From: Amoebophrya sp. A120
Lineage: Eukaryota > Protista > Dinoflagellata
Reading direction: 5' to 3'
NCBI GenBank assembly: GCA_905178155.1
Contig: CAJINV010000007.1
Coordinates: 283,279-347,278, forward strand
Length of the DNA: 64,000 nt
The notes beneath the pieces are model-generated. The model ran no database searches, was not told the origin of the DNA, and saw only the letters and a list, made by a program, of their open reading frames with translations. The position numbers and the translations under genes were made by a program. Of the stretch, positions 38,301 through 50,863 are shown piece after piece (positions within the stretch are counted from its first letter, which is position 1; the number at the start of each line of letters is the position of its first letter).

Positions 38301-41300
38301 CCGAGTTGGACGAGGTGGAACTCGCGACGGACAAAGTGTCAGAATCTTGCGAGCCCCGATCGTGGCAGTCGTGCACCTTTTTCACGAACATGCTCTTGAG
38401 CCCGGATCCGCCGAGATCCAAACTCAGGTGGATAGAATTGCGGGCTCTCATGTCTTCATCTTGCAGCTGCTCCTGTTGTTCTTGTTCAATCATGCTGCTA
38501 TAACGTGCCACCGCCGCGAACTTCACCTCTCCCTCCGGAACCGTGGGGTGCATGTCCGTGAACTGTGCCAGTTCGTGCACAAAGGCGGCCACTTCGTGCT
38601 CCCGTTCCAGAGCTTCCTGTTCTAGCTGCTTATAGACCTGCGCCAAATTCTCGTGGTATTTGGCAAGGTTCTTCGGTTCGGCCATATGCGCCACCGCCGC
38701 CTGCAGGGAGCTCGTGGGGTCAACAGCCTCGACGGTTGATGTACTACTGCGGGCCAGAAACTTGGTCCCACTTCTCGAGCTGCTTGAAGCTGACGAGGAG
38801 GTGGAAATGAAATCTTGTTTCTTGTGGAAGTCCGATTTGTACTCATCATCCGAAACCCAATTTCCGTTTTCGTCCCACCAGGTGTGGAGCGAGTGGCCCC
38901 CCGGTCGCATCACCAGCTTGTTCTTCTTCCATTTCAACGACAGAGACTCGGAGAGATTGATTCCCAGCTCCGCCCGCTCTATCAAATGCAAAAATGTCTG
39001 GGTCTGGAAGAATGCAAGTTTGTCATGCTTGCCTTGCATGACTCGAGAATCTGTGTTGCATAGGCACGAAAAGACCCTCTTACCTGTGATGCAAAAACGC
39101 AGTTTGCCATGCGGAATACGTAAGACATGGTAGCCAAAAAATTCGTCATGCATAGCTTCGTATTGCAGTGCGTCTACCATTCACTCTTAGCATTACAAGT
39201 TTCCACCAGACCCAGACATTTTTGCACTGCATACGCTCGATGGCACGGCAATTCGCTGGCTGATCCGAAAAAAGCATGGGGACGCAGATGATCGGCACCC
39301 CCAGTCCGATGGCTTCCGTCAGACCGCCAGCACCGCCGTGCGCGACGTACATGACCTGGCCGGGGAAAAACTGGAAGATTTCCTTCTGCGGATATCAAAT
39401 GCAAAAATGTCTGGATGTCTGGAAGACTCTGAGATTTGTCATGCAGTTTTTCCAAGCTCCGCCAGGTCTTCTGGAATGCATGGCCTAGCATCTTCACAGG
39501 ACCTGCAGCCCCTTTGTGATGCGTATTTCTGCATGAGAAATGCCCTCTTAGCATCACCAGAAATGAGCACCCTTTGCGAGTCACGCAACACAGATTCTTG
39601 TATGATCCGCAACATGCATCACAAGTTCGCATCCTTCCAGACATCCAGACATATTTGCAATTCATAGCGGAGCGTCCAGCACGATGATCGCCTTCTCGGC
39701 GTTTGGGTGGTGCAGCCAGAGGTCCGCGCAAAACTTCGCATTTTTTTGTTTTTGCTTCGTCCCGAACTCAACGCATTTTTTGTATTGGGTTTCCCGCCAA
39801 AAGACGCTGAACTCGTCCCAGGTAATATCCTGAGTAAAAATGTCCCCACACCATAGTCAAGATGGGGATCGGCTAGACAAATCCACAAGTTTTGGCTGTT
39901 TGCATGACAAATTTGGACTCGTAGTGCAGTGCTGTTTGAGCTAGCTCAGCAGCATCACAGATCTCGCATACCATGCTGATTGGAGAATGACAAATTGCAA
40001 AACACGAATAGAAACTGCTTCTCATGGGGCTCCGCATGAGAAACATTTTCAGCATGCAGATTTGCATTACAACTATGGGGTGGGGACGTTTTTAAATAGG
40101 ATAGGTAAACGCTGGGCTCCTCCCCTGCTCCCTCCGTTCGTGTATGAATTGCAAAAGTATCGCACTCGTCGTATAAATGCATTACAAATTTCCTCAGCAT
40201 GAGAAAGAAAATTTGTAATGCTGATTTACCTTACGAACAAGATTTGTGATGCATGATTGCACGACGAGTACGATACTTTTGCACAGGATATCGTGGACGA
40301 TCTGCTGAAAGTCCTCGTTGTCCGGGGCAACCAGGTATCAAATGCAAAAATGTACTCTGGGTCCGGAAACTTGTGATGCAAGTCCGTGAACAGTATTAGT
40401 GCTCTGTACTGCGCCGCCAAGCATGACAACTTTTTTCGTGTCTTCTGTGCTGTGTATTTGGCATGAGAAACTGCGCTTTTGCGTGACAGGTAAGAGGACC
40501 TCTTGGTGGCCACGCAATACAGCGTGCAGGGTCATGCCAGACTAGCATGACAAATCTCGCAATCTTCCAGACCCAGGAGACAACATATTTGCAATCCATA
40601 CCAGGTAGGGAAGCACGTTTTCGGGGACCTGCATCAGCCCGGTCCACAGTTCCTCCAATGCTTGGTAGCTATATCGTAAGGAAAAACCCCCCTATGTATC
40701 CCCATATTGACGAGGTGCGTTTTTTGTGTTGCTGATTTGTGACCACAAATCGCATCTGTCTTGCAAGAAGGCAACGCCACAGGCGCCGCCGCTTCATGCA
40801 GGCGGTTTGTCATGCTGTTCGGCGTACAGCGCGGACGTTTTTCATGCTAAGCGTCTAGGCAAAAACCTCTCTCCTCAGGCTCCATAGTTAGAGGCCTGCA
40901 GGAGTCCTCTACTGCAATACAAATCTGATTTGTGTATTGAAATCCGGCATCAGAAACTTCGTTTTGATATGGGGACGAGGGGGGATTTTTGCTTTTGGTA
41001 AGCTAAAGTAAAAGCCCTGACGCCCGAAGGCGGTGTACAGAATCAAATTCTTGCCAAACTTATCGCAAGAAAAAACTGAGTAAAGTGTAACTTTGTGTGG
41101 CAGCAAATGCAAAACTGTTACACTTGTCATGCTGGACATGCATCAGAGGCTATTTTCGTACGTGTTTTCAAGTACTAGCTACACATGACAGGTTTTCTGT
41201 GTCATGCAAAACAAATCTGTGATGCTGGTCCTGCAAAAAAGTTACACCTACACACTTTTTTCCTTGGATAAAACTGTTCCAGCTTCCGCAGGATGCGCTC

Positions 41301-44300
41301 GTCTTTCCCGCCCGTGCAGTTGGGCACCGTCTTCTGCATGACCAAGGCCATGGAGGGCACGCGTATGAGAGCGTCAGGCTCGAAATCGACAAAGATGAAA
41401 TAATCTGTAATGCATAATATGCGACACAAAAAGCGACTCTATTGCAGAGCATGCAAGGAAGGCGGATTGTAGTCCTGGTAAGGGTCAAGTGGAAGTGTTG
41501 GTCTGCTGACTAGCATGACAGACGGGAGCTCCTTTGCCCTGAACCGCATGACAGATTCGCTTCCACGACGTGGAAAATTTGTCATGCGCCGACTACTACA
41601 AACTGTGGGTCAAAAAACTGGCATCGATTTTTTGCATCACAAATTTTTCGACTTTGTCGATTTCGATTCTGACACCTCCATAACGCGCGCCCACCACTTA
41701 TCCGGCCCCGGCATCTTGCAGGACACGCAGGGGAGATTGTATCAACTGCAAAAATGTCCGGGTCTGGAAGATTACGAGACTTGTCATGCAGTTTTTCCAA
41801 GCGCCGCCAAGTCTGGAATGCAGGGCCTGACATCACAGGTTCTGCACCAGCCCCTTGGTGATGCCTATTCTGCATGAGAAATGCCCTCTCAGAATGGCCA
41901 GAATAAATGGGGACCTCTTGCAAGTCATGCAACACAGATTTTTGTATGATCCACAACACGCATCACAAGTTCGCAGCCTTCCAGACCCAGACATTTTTGC
42001 ATTTGATAGATTGGCCTTCTTGTCAACATTACCCTGACAGGCCTCCACCTTCGTGGGCAGGATGGGTCTCACGTGATAGCTCGGGCTGTCCATGGAAACC
42101 TTCAAGGGGAGGAAGTGGCTCACAAAGGTCGGGAAATGCTTCTCGACAGATGATATGCATTGCAAATATGTCTGGGTCTGGAAGAATTAAGCCTGTCATG
42201 CGAAATCTAAATCACGAGAAAATCTGTGTTGCATGAACGCCAACAGTTACCCAATTCTCGCTAGGCTGCAAAAGGCGAATTTCTCATGCGGCAGAGGCAT
42301 GAGGAAGGTCTCCAAAAGTGTGTGATGCTTCTGTCTGCATTACAGACCAATGAGTGTGGTCCGCGAGATGCATGACAAATCTTGCAACTTTCCAGACCCA
42401 GACACTTTTGCATTTGATAGATGAGCTGTTCTTCTTTTTTGACGGGAGGGTTTTGTTCAAGACCCAGCGGGCCGCCCAGGCCCCGTGGAAGTTTCCGCAC
42501 CAAATGCTCCCCGGCACGCGCAGCTTCTCCATCAGCGTCTTCGCGACCCCGCCCCACGCGGCGTAGCAGTCGGTGACGACAAAGTCCACCGGGCTGTCTC
42601 GGACAACGTAATTGGTGATGAATTTTTCGGTGAAATCCGAGATGCTACCCCAGGAGTGAGTCACCGAATCGTCCGCGGTCTGGGAAAAGAGCCAATCGCG
42701 CACGACGTATCCTGATTAAAAACGTCCCCACACCAGAGTCAAGATGGGAACCCTGCTAGACAAATCAGCCAGCCTTGGCTGTCTGGCATGACAAGTGTGT
42801 TCTCGTAGTGTAATCCTGTTTAGCTAGTTCAGCAGCATGACAGATCTAGCATAGCATGCTGATCCTAGCATCACAAATTCCAAACCACGAATAGAAAATG
42901 CTTCTCATGGGGCTCCGCATGAGAAACTTTTTTGGCATGCAGAATTGCATGACAACTCTGGGGTGGGGACGCTTTTACTCAGGATACGACGCCGCGCGGC
43001 TTCAGCGGGATCACCCGGATGCCGGCGGCTTCCAATTTCTTCCAGTCGTTCGGCGGATATTGCATTGACAATTGCCCCCAACCCCGAAGTGCAATAATTT
43101 GTGATGCGAAGTTTCCAAATGAAAGGCTTTTGTCATGCATGAAAGGAATGTGAATCTTTGTGATGCAGGGTCTAGGCGTATATAGCATTGCTTGCATGAC
43201 AAGCGCCGCTCTTGCTGGGCTCTTTTGCAATACAAGTTTTCACTTTTCACGATTGGAAATCTGTGATGCTGATAGATGCAAGAGGGCGAATGTTTCACAT
43301 GGAAAGGTTTGCAATGCAAATGCTCCCAAGTTCGGGGGTGGATGCATTTTTCATTGTAATAGCGGAATGCCGAAGTTCCACAGCACGGTGTCGGTCTCCG
43401 GGTTCTCGTGCTCCATCGTGTTATCAATTGCAAATATGTCTGGGTCTGGAAACGTGTGATGCAAGGAGGGGAATAGTGAAAGTAGCAGTGTAATGCGCTG
43501 CTCACCATGACAAGTTTTGCTGTGGTTCTGAGTTGCGTACTCCGCACAAGAAACTGGTGCGCTCTTGCATGACAGGCAAGGGGAGCTCTTCGCGGCCACG
43601 CAATACAGAGTTCAGAGTCATGCCAGACTAGCATAGCAAATCGAAATCTCGCAATCTCCCAGACCCAGACATATTTGCAGTTGATACGTGTCTTGTTCGT
43701 GCGAAAGCTCCAGGTGCTTCGGAAGCGCCGGGGCCTCGACGCCCGGCTTCGCGTCGACAAAGTAGATGGATTTATTCTTTGTTCCCGTGGCTCCTCCTTC
43801 TGCAGCTGCCGGAGACGAGTATCGTAAGGAAGTCACCCCCCTCCCCATATCAAAAAGGTACTTCTCAGAAAATTTGTAATGCTGATTTGTGGCAACAAGT
43901 CTTTTTGTCTTGAAAGAAGGCAATGCTACAGTCTCCGCCGCATTACGCGGGCGGTTTGTGATGCTGCTTGGGCTACAGCATAGACACTTGTGATGCTAAG
44001 CGTCCACGTCAGAAGCTCTGTACTCCGGCACGACATATGCCTGCAATTCTCTACTGCAAGACAGCTCTGATTTGTGTACGGAAATCCAGCATCAGAAACT
44101 TCATTTTGATAGAGGGAGGGGGGATGTTTCCTTTTGATAACGAGCTACTTCTGCGCACGAGTTTCCCGAACGGCGCCATATCCTGAGTAAAAACGTACCC
44201 ACACCAGAGTTGTAATGCAGATTTGCAAAGACAGGAAGATTTGTAATGCGCATCCCCATGATAGCCATTTCCAATCGTGTTTTGGAATTTGTGACGCTGT

Positions 44301-47300
44301 GAACAGGATGAGCAGATGAATCTGTGATGCGGCTGCACTTGCTAACCTGCACTACACTGCATAGCGCAACTTGTCATGCGTGACTCACAAAACTCCTAGG
44401 TTTGTGTTGCAAAATCCCCATCCTGACTCTGGTGTGGGTACGTTTTTACTCAGGATACGCCAGCAGCGTGACTTTCACGTTGAACTTCTGCGCCAATTCC
44501 TTCCTTTATGAAGGTACACAACTCCCCCTCCCCCTCGTTTGTCATGCAAAATTCCAAATCCACCCTTTGCCTGTTAGCAATATTTGCATGACAGATTCGG
44601 GAATCCAAAACAGCGCTACAGTCTTCTAAAAATTTGTCATGCAAATGCTGCATGATCTTTGCCAGCGCTTGATGTGTTGCTGTTCATGCAACACGCAAAT
44701 GAGGGCAAGGGGGAGTTGTGCACTCTCATATCATTAACGGATACGCTCCGCCCAGCTCCGTCTTCCCGCCCGCTTCAAACAAGATGTGCAGCGGCCGCTT
44801 GGCGTTTTCAATGGTGAAGTTGTGCGTCATGTTGTAGCTCTTCACCAATTGTTCGTACCACAAACGGAGGTTGTCGAGGGAGTCGTTTCGCGTCTTTTCC
44901 CGTAATGCCTGCTTCCTCGCTTTTTTCTCGGCTTCAGCATCCACTTTTTCGTGCTTCTCTTGATCATGATGTCCTACTTCTTGCGGAGTTGTACTATCGG
45001 AAGTAGGCAATTCAAGATCATCTTTTTCAGCCTTTTTTTTACTAGCTGTGCTGCTGTCCGTGCTTTGCTCATCATCCGATTCTTCTACTTCGTGGTCCAA
45101 AGCATCTTCCGCGAAATTGTCCCCGCCCAGATACCCGCCTAGGTAGCTGCGACGAGAATCAAAGGCGCCAGAAGACGACGCAGATGAAGACCCAGTCTTC
45201 CTCATCAGTTTAATCCGCTTGACCAGCCGGGTGAGCCGGTCGCGGATCTCCCACGGAATGCTGTCCCAGTCCAGATCCGGGTCGAAAAGATCGATGGGCA
45301 AGGACTTCGGCTTGTTTCCCAGGTCGAGATGGTGCTCGTCCCCTTGCTGAGAAGTCGATGTGCTGCTCGTGGGGGCAGGAACTTGCTGTTGATCGTCATC
45401 TGGTTTATTTTCCGCATCTAGTTGTACGGAAGATTGTTCTGGAGTTTCTTCCACCTCGGGCCGTTGTTCAACACCAAGACTTTCATCCGGACGAGTGGTT
45501 GGAACTTCTGTTGTTCCATCGGTCGTTGTTTCAGGTTGTACTGAGCCTGGGGATAATGGTTCTACTACTTCCACCTCTTCCGGCTCCTGCTCAGGTTCCT
45601 CATCATCAACCTCGGGTCGTTGTAGTTCTTCGACCACTTCAGGCTGTTCCTCGAGGCCCTCTTGTAAAACTTCTAGCTGCGGATGAACTTCTTCTTCTTC
45701 TTCCACCGGAAGATGTTGAACGGCGGTCGTTCCGACATGATCTTCTCGCGGATCATGAATTGTGATCGGAGGAACTACCTGCACAACCGGCAGTGCTTGT
45801 ACTTGAGGACCAGCACCACCAGGGCTCAAATGACCGGCGGTAGAAGAACTACTAGAAGTCGCGCCGCCATTCGTTGTGCTCGAGGTGGTCGTCCTCGTGG
45901 GCGGAGGCACAATTCCGGTAGTCGCAATGCCACCGTGAAACAAGTTTCCGTCCGGCGCTGGCGTAGTTCTTCGGGACGACGTCGGCCCCGTTTCGACATG
46001 CGAAGCAGCCTGCTGGTTCGCACCAGCTCTCGTCAGCATGTATGCATGGCAAATACCGATGAATCTGGGTCTGGAATATTAAAAGTGGACAATGTTGCAA
46101 AAACGTCGCACTTTGTAGTTCTCATGCGCGCTAAGTATGTACGCATTGAAATAAGGCGTCTCAAAATTTGTTGTCATGCTTGCCTGCACAAAACTCGAGG
46201 GGATGAGGACGATGGTCCGCTCAATCCTATTGCGATCACGTTCCAGCGTCGCAAGTTATTGCGGCCAGATATTGACCCAGATCGATACTTCTATTCCCAT
46301 TTGATAGCATGACAGCCGTCACAACACCGCCGATCAAGGTGAGCAGGACAGCGCCCCCAATGAGCAGGAAGTAGAGGCAGAACTTCTTCTTGTTGGTCTT
46401 GCGCAGTTCATCGTCTTCCGAATTACGGTAAGCCGCTGTAGTAGACGATGATACCAATGGCTGACACATCAACTCGGGTCGTCCCATATTACAACTCTCG
46501 TCTCCACCCGCAAGTAGGTCCTCGTGCTCCTCTTCGTGCGGAAAAAGCTCCGACAAGGAAGAACGCTCGAAGGCTATCGTGACGAAAATAAATCCCCCCT
46601 CGTCCCCATATTGAAAACGCATCCGTCTGAACAAGCTTTTTGTGATGCAGATTTGTGAGCACAAGTCCTGTCTGTCTTGCAAGAAGGCAAAGCCAGAGAG
46701 TCCGCCGCATTTTTATGCAGGCGGTCTGTGAAGATGCTGTTGGGCTTACAGCGTAGACATTTGCCATGCTAGTCACCTACGTCGAAAAAACCTCTCGAGG
46801 ACTCAGGCTTAGCATATGCCTGCAGTCCTCTCCAGCAAGACAGACCGGATTTGTGTACGCATTCCAGCATCAGAAACTTCGTTTCGATATGTTGGGAAGG
46901 GGGAGTTTTTCGCTTTGATAAAGGCCGGACTCGGGAGAGGAGAGTTCTTGTCTTCTGGGATCAAATATGAATTGCAAAAATGTCTGGGTCTGGAACTTTG
47001 CTCGACTTGTCATGCAGGTTTTCCATGACCCATTTGCTCTGTAATGGAGGACCTAGCATGACAGATTCCGTGAGATCACTATCATGGCTATCCTGCATGA
47101 GAAACTGCCTCTCAACTTGATCAAACGTGGACAGCATTTGGTAATCATGCAACACAGATTTTTGCGTGATTCAGATTTAGCATGACAAGTTCCAACCTTC
47201 CAGACCCAGACATTTATTTTGCAGTGCATATCAAAGTCCGCGTGTTGAAGTACAGTTTTTGATTCCGCTCGATGCTTCTAGTATCAAATGTAAAAGTGTC

Positions 47301-48094
47301 TGGGTCTGGAAACTTGTAATGCTGTGCTGGGAATAGTGAATGCTCTGTAATGCACAGCCAAGCATGAGAAATATCTGTGCTGCTTTGTGTTGCGTTTTTC
47401 GCATGAGAAACTGCGTTTTTCCATGACAGGCACAAGGGTCTCTTCGTGGACACGCATCACAAACATTTTTGTTATGCCAGAGAAGCATGACAAACATGAA
47501 TTCTTCCAGACGCAGACATTTTTGCGGTTGATATCTAGCATCGTCAAACAATGTTGATGACCCACAACGACCCGCCCCCTGTTGAAAATTTTCATTTCCG
47601 GGCCGCCCCTCTTGTTGTATGCAAGGAAAAAACTGTGTAAGTGTAACTTAACTTTGTCTTGCAGATGTTGCAATACAGTTACACTTGTCATGCTGGTTAT
47701 GCATCAGAGACTATTTTCTTACGTGTTTTCGCGTACTAGCTACGCATGGCAGGTTTTCTCTGTCGTGCAAAACAAATCTGTGATGCTGTTCCTGCAAAAA
47801 AGTTACACTTACACACTTTTTTTCTTGGATATGTTGTGTGAAATAAATACTGTCATAATTTTGCTCCTCGTTATTTTCTTCGTAATCATACTCAAAATTG
47901 TCATCGACAACGAGCTGCTGGCGCGCAAAATTTTGCCGCCCAGCGAGTAGCCCGTCATCTTGGTTCTCCGTTGTATTTTTCATGTTGCTCAACATATCTT
48001 TCTTTTCCTCGCGCTGCACAGTCGTGTTTTCTGCAAAAACGTTCTGCATTATAGTCGCGATTGTCTCTTCGGATTTAAAAGCTGTTGCTGATTC
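35355..48094 (-). CDS. Multi-exon gene (25 introner introns): TM anchor, Pro/Glu-rich stalk, family-1 UDP-glycosyltransferase, C-terminal ROK/ASKHA-like domain; 5' end uncertain
   Basis: Spliced UGT motifs: HILFEAGGKTELGGAYPLMKELAQKFNVKVTLLA, VDFVVTDCYAAWGGVAKTLMEKLRVP, LILYTAFGR, and a PSPG-like box APQKEIFQFFPGQVMYVAHGGAGGLTEAIGLGVPIICVPMLFSDQPANCRAIER. These are followed by LSLDLGGSGLK, SDTEAHLVAA, FVNVAAGTNL and IVLTGGQA. TM FCLYFLLIGGAVLLTLIGGVVTAVML. Stop TAA at 35355. Start is either ATG 48049 or an upstream exon joined via the AG acceptor at 48095-48096. Confidence 0.8.
35691..35970. mobile_element. Introner family B
   Basis: DR ACCGC. Confidence 0.9.
36263..36478. mobile_element. 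Introner family D-like
   Basis: DR TGCGA. Confidence 0.85.
36546..36826. mobile_element. Introner family B
   Basis: DR GAGAA. Confidence 0.9.
37318..37466. mobile_element. Introner family F
   Basis: DR GATGC/GGTGC. Confidence 0.85.
38980..39233. mobile_element. Introner family A
   Basis: DR CGCTC. Confidence 0.9.
39393..39666. mobile_element. Introner family A
   Basis: DR GCGGA; both TIRs carry the same GATGTCT variant. Confidence 0.9.
39826..40103. mobile_element. Introner family B
   Basis: DR GGTAA. Confidence 0.9.
40143..40290. mobile_element. Introner family F
   Basis: DR TCGTG. Confidence 0.9.
40336..40600. mobile_element. Introner family A
   Basis: DR CCAGG. Confidence 0.9.
40672..41000. 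mobile_element. Introner family C
   Basis: DR AGCTA; right end GGTA. Confidence 0.85.
41061..41270. mobile_element. Introner family D
   Basis: DR AAACT. Confidence 0.9.
41364..41682. mobile_element. Introner family I (singleton; TIR TATGnnnGnGTCAGnnTCGAAATCGACAAAG)
   Basis: DR ACGCG; frame restored (KWWAR|VPSMAL). Confidence 0.85.
41740..42008. mobile_element. Introner family A
   Basis: DR GATTG. Confidence 0.9.
42154..42419. mobile_element. Introner family A
   Basis: DR GATGA. Confidence 0.9.
42708..42986. mobile_element. Introner family B
   Basis: DR CGACG. Confidence 0.9.
43058..43361. mobile_element. Introner family H (TIR TATTRCAWTGAMAAWTG...ACCCCGAA)
   Basis: DR GCGGA. Confidence 0.85.
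43422..43686. mobile_element. Introner family A
   Basis: DR CGTGT. Confidence 0.9.
43820..44139. mobile_element. Introner family C
   Basis: DR ACGAG. Confidence 0.9.
44179..44457. mobile_element. Introner family B
   Basis: DR CGCCA; ~10 differences from 5496-5774. Confidence 0.9.
44507..44730. mobile_element. Introner family E
   Basis: DR TCCTT/TCATT. Confidence 0.85.
46041..46306. mobile_element. Introner family A, highly degenerate
   Basis: TATG...TTTGATA; DR GCATG; remnant CTGGGTC/GACCCAG. Confidence 0.75.
46575..46920. mobile_element. Introner family C
   Basis: DR AAGGC. Confidence 0.85.
46966..47230. mobile_element. Introner family A
   Basis: DR TCAAA. Confidence 0.9.
47282..47533. 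mobile_element. Introner family A
   Basis: DR TCTAG. Confidence 0.9.
47618..47831. mobile_element. Introner family D
   Basis: DR TGTTG. Confidence 0.9.
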
Positions 48095-49536
48095 CTAAAT
48101 AAAAAAATGAAAATGACTAAAGTAAAAAAAATATAAACTAAGTAAGCAGCCTATGAGCGAAACCTGGTTAAAAGCAACCTGAAAAAGCTCTCGTCTGTAG
48201 GTAAGCAAATAAAACAAAAATAGCTTTTAAGAGAAATCTCGACGCAGAATGTACTGAATACTGAAGCTAAGTGGTTAAAAACGTAACCGGGAAGCTTGAG
48301 TAAACAAAACCAAAGTTGAAATACGATGGCGTGAAGATGAAAGAAAGGAAAATACTAAAACAGCGTAAAGGTTATTCCTCTGAGGAAAAAGTAAAACAAA
48401 CCGCTTGTCTGCGAGTAAAAGCACTCTCTGACAAGGAAAATGTAGGTTTACTTAGTACCGAGTCGTGTGATTTTGTGTAATATTTTCCTAGTTTTCTATG
48501 TTGTTCACCACACACAGAGTTTTGATGTCTAAGCAACTTCTGCAGTATTTTTTTCACGAGGGTTGGGTCCTGTTCTTCCAACGATTTCGATTTTATGATG
48601 ATGGGGGGAAGACTGCTCTTTCAGAATCATCAGAAGATTGTCTTTGAAACTACTACAAAACATCCCGATTTAATATTTCTGTTCAACACAACATCACGGA
48701 CCGACCAACAGTTCAGCTCCACAGACTGATTTATTATTTTTCGGATTTTTTGACATTGTCATTGTACCACAGAACGCAGATACAACGATTTTTTGTTCGA
48801 GGACGATTTTTGTCAATTTAAACGAAATCATTTCCGGATCTTCGCTGTTGGTACTTTAATACCACCCAAATGATCTCCCATCCGGCCATAATTTCCGGGG
48901 CCGCTTCTAAGTTTGTTAGTAGTTGTTGCACTTAATATACGATCTTGATCCGTACTTTATTTCTAAATTTTTGATCTCGCACGACGATTTTTCAACAATG
49001 ATTTTTTTTCACTAATTGTAATTCTATGGCCCGACACTACTCATAGTTGTAGAGGTACTTTTTACACGTCCTTGGTGCGCCAGCTCTGAGAATTTCCGAA
49101 GCTGCAACATCCTCGCTTAGACTGTGGATTTTCAGCACCTCAGAAAAAATATATTTCTGCTGCGCACATGAGCCGACCACTCAGGTGGAAATTATAAGGT
49201 CTCGATTTATTGCCTTTGTTTGATATTTACCGATTGTTGTAATATATCGTAGACATTTCTTCCCCCAGCACTTCTTTTCTCGTCGAACCGGCTGCAAGTG
49301 TCTCAAGAGGTGAACACAGATCCGAGAGGTGTACATGGGATGCCCTGCCAGGAAGAGGGCGACAGACTCGGAGCGCTCCGGCGTGAGGGCATTGGAGTAA
49401 AGTCAAATCCAAGTTGTGCGATCGCCGAAGTAAAGGAGCACCACGAGTCATTATGTCACATTGATTCACTTCGCGGTGCTTCTTCTTTCCCACGTCTTCT
49501 CAGACGAAATTGAATCAGTCGCGAGGACCTCCGCTA

Positions 49537-50679
49537 TCATAAAGTAGAACTATAGAACTTTTACTCGGATTCTTCGCCCTTATAGATTATAGGGGCGCCC
49601 TTAGAAAATGAATTCTAGAAAAAAGGGCATCTAGAAACTTCCCCTAAGGGAGCTCCTAGGGGACGCCTCTAAGGGAACGCACTAAAGAAACAAAACGACT
49701 GGAAAGGCGGGGGCCAAAAGTCATGCGGCACAAAATAAACAAAACCCAGCGCGCGGAGTGGCCCGCGGGCCTCGCCCCATGGCCTGAAGAAATCGGAAAA
49801 AAAAAGCCGGGCCAGTTTTTAGCAGGCCTATTCTGGCTGCCCCCAAGCCCCGGCCGCGTTTGGGGGGGGGTAGGCGGGGGCGATAACCAGTGGCAAAACA
49901 AGATGGGGACGGTGGCGCCCGGATATCTGGGGATATATCTGGGGATATATCTGGGGATATATCTGGGGATATATCTGGGGATATATCTGGGGAGATATCT
50001 GGGGATATATCTGGGGAGGTATCTGGGGAGGTATCTGGGGAGGTATCTGGGGAGGTATCTGGGGAGGTATCTGGGGATATATCTGGGGATATATCTGGGG
50101 ATGTATCTGGGGATGTATCTGGGGATGTATCTGGGGATGTATCTGGGGATGTATCTGGGGATGTATCTGGGGATATGTCTGGGGATATATCCGGGGACAT
50201 ATCTTAGTTAGTAGGAGGGGGGGCCGTTCTAGGAGCGAGTTAGTTTTTTTTGGAAGAGGCCCCAGCAGGCGAGCTACTTGGGAATGATTGAAGGGGCCGG
50301 CGAAACGGCAGGGGAGGCGCTGCGGGTGGTCCTGCCTAGAAATGAGACAGCCCACAAGAGGGCAATCAGGGCAAGGCTCGCGGCCGGGTGAGGGCGAGCT
50401 AGAAGCTGAGCTCAGGGAACGAAAGCGGGCGCGCCCCCTAATGTGGGCCGCTACTAGGGCAGGGCGTTACTAGCAAGCGCGTGCCCGGTTTGCCATGCTA
50501 AAACCGCCCGCCGGGTTTCTAGTAGTGGCCGCGTTTGCGCTAGGTAGCAAATTCCCAATGGTAAGAGTCTTACGACTAGCCTGCGCCCCCACGCTCGCCA
50601 AGTTTTTTCCTTGGTGTTTGCATTTAGACTTACTAGACGACCTATCGCCGGCGTCCTGGACGCCGGCGTAGTAGTCTAG
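49537..50679 (+). mobile_element. Putative non-autonomous Helitron-like element (5' end tentative)
   Basis: Perfect hairpin CGCCGGCGTC-CTG-GACGCCGGCG (50646-50668), 7 nt, then CTAG|T; candidate A|TC start at 49537; internal 12-bp minisatellite. Confidence 0.55.
49921..50204. repeat. 12-bp tandem repeat (GGGGATATATCT and variants), ~23 units
   Basis: Direct reading; variant blocks GGGGAGGTATCT and GGGGATGTATCT. Confidence 0.95.
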
Positions 50680-50863
50680 TACACTTACAAATGCAGAGTT
50701 GATGTTGATGTTGTACACATTATGTCTAAAAGTCTTCTTAGAATCTGCAATAAATCATCCAAAGCATGTAGGATCACCAGTTTGATGACCTCATCTTTCC
50801 CAGCGGCTGGTGTCTCTCTGTTGTTCTTTTCCCTTTCTACACATCAGTCAGTCAGTAGCACTA

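Noticed and set aside
48100-49500. Possible upstream exons of the UGT gene (e.g. ORF 48372-48581) and a dinoflagellate spliced-leader relic
   Set aside because: No donor site could be assigned with confidence, and I saw no CCGTAGCCATTTTGGCTCAAG-like sequence.
49721-50355. ORFs with SPDI/YLGI/ISGD repeats (also 61135-61796)
   Set aside because: Products of stop-free minisatellites.
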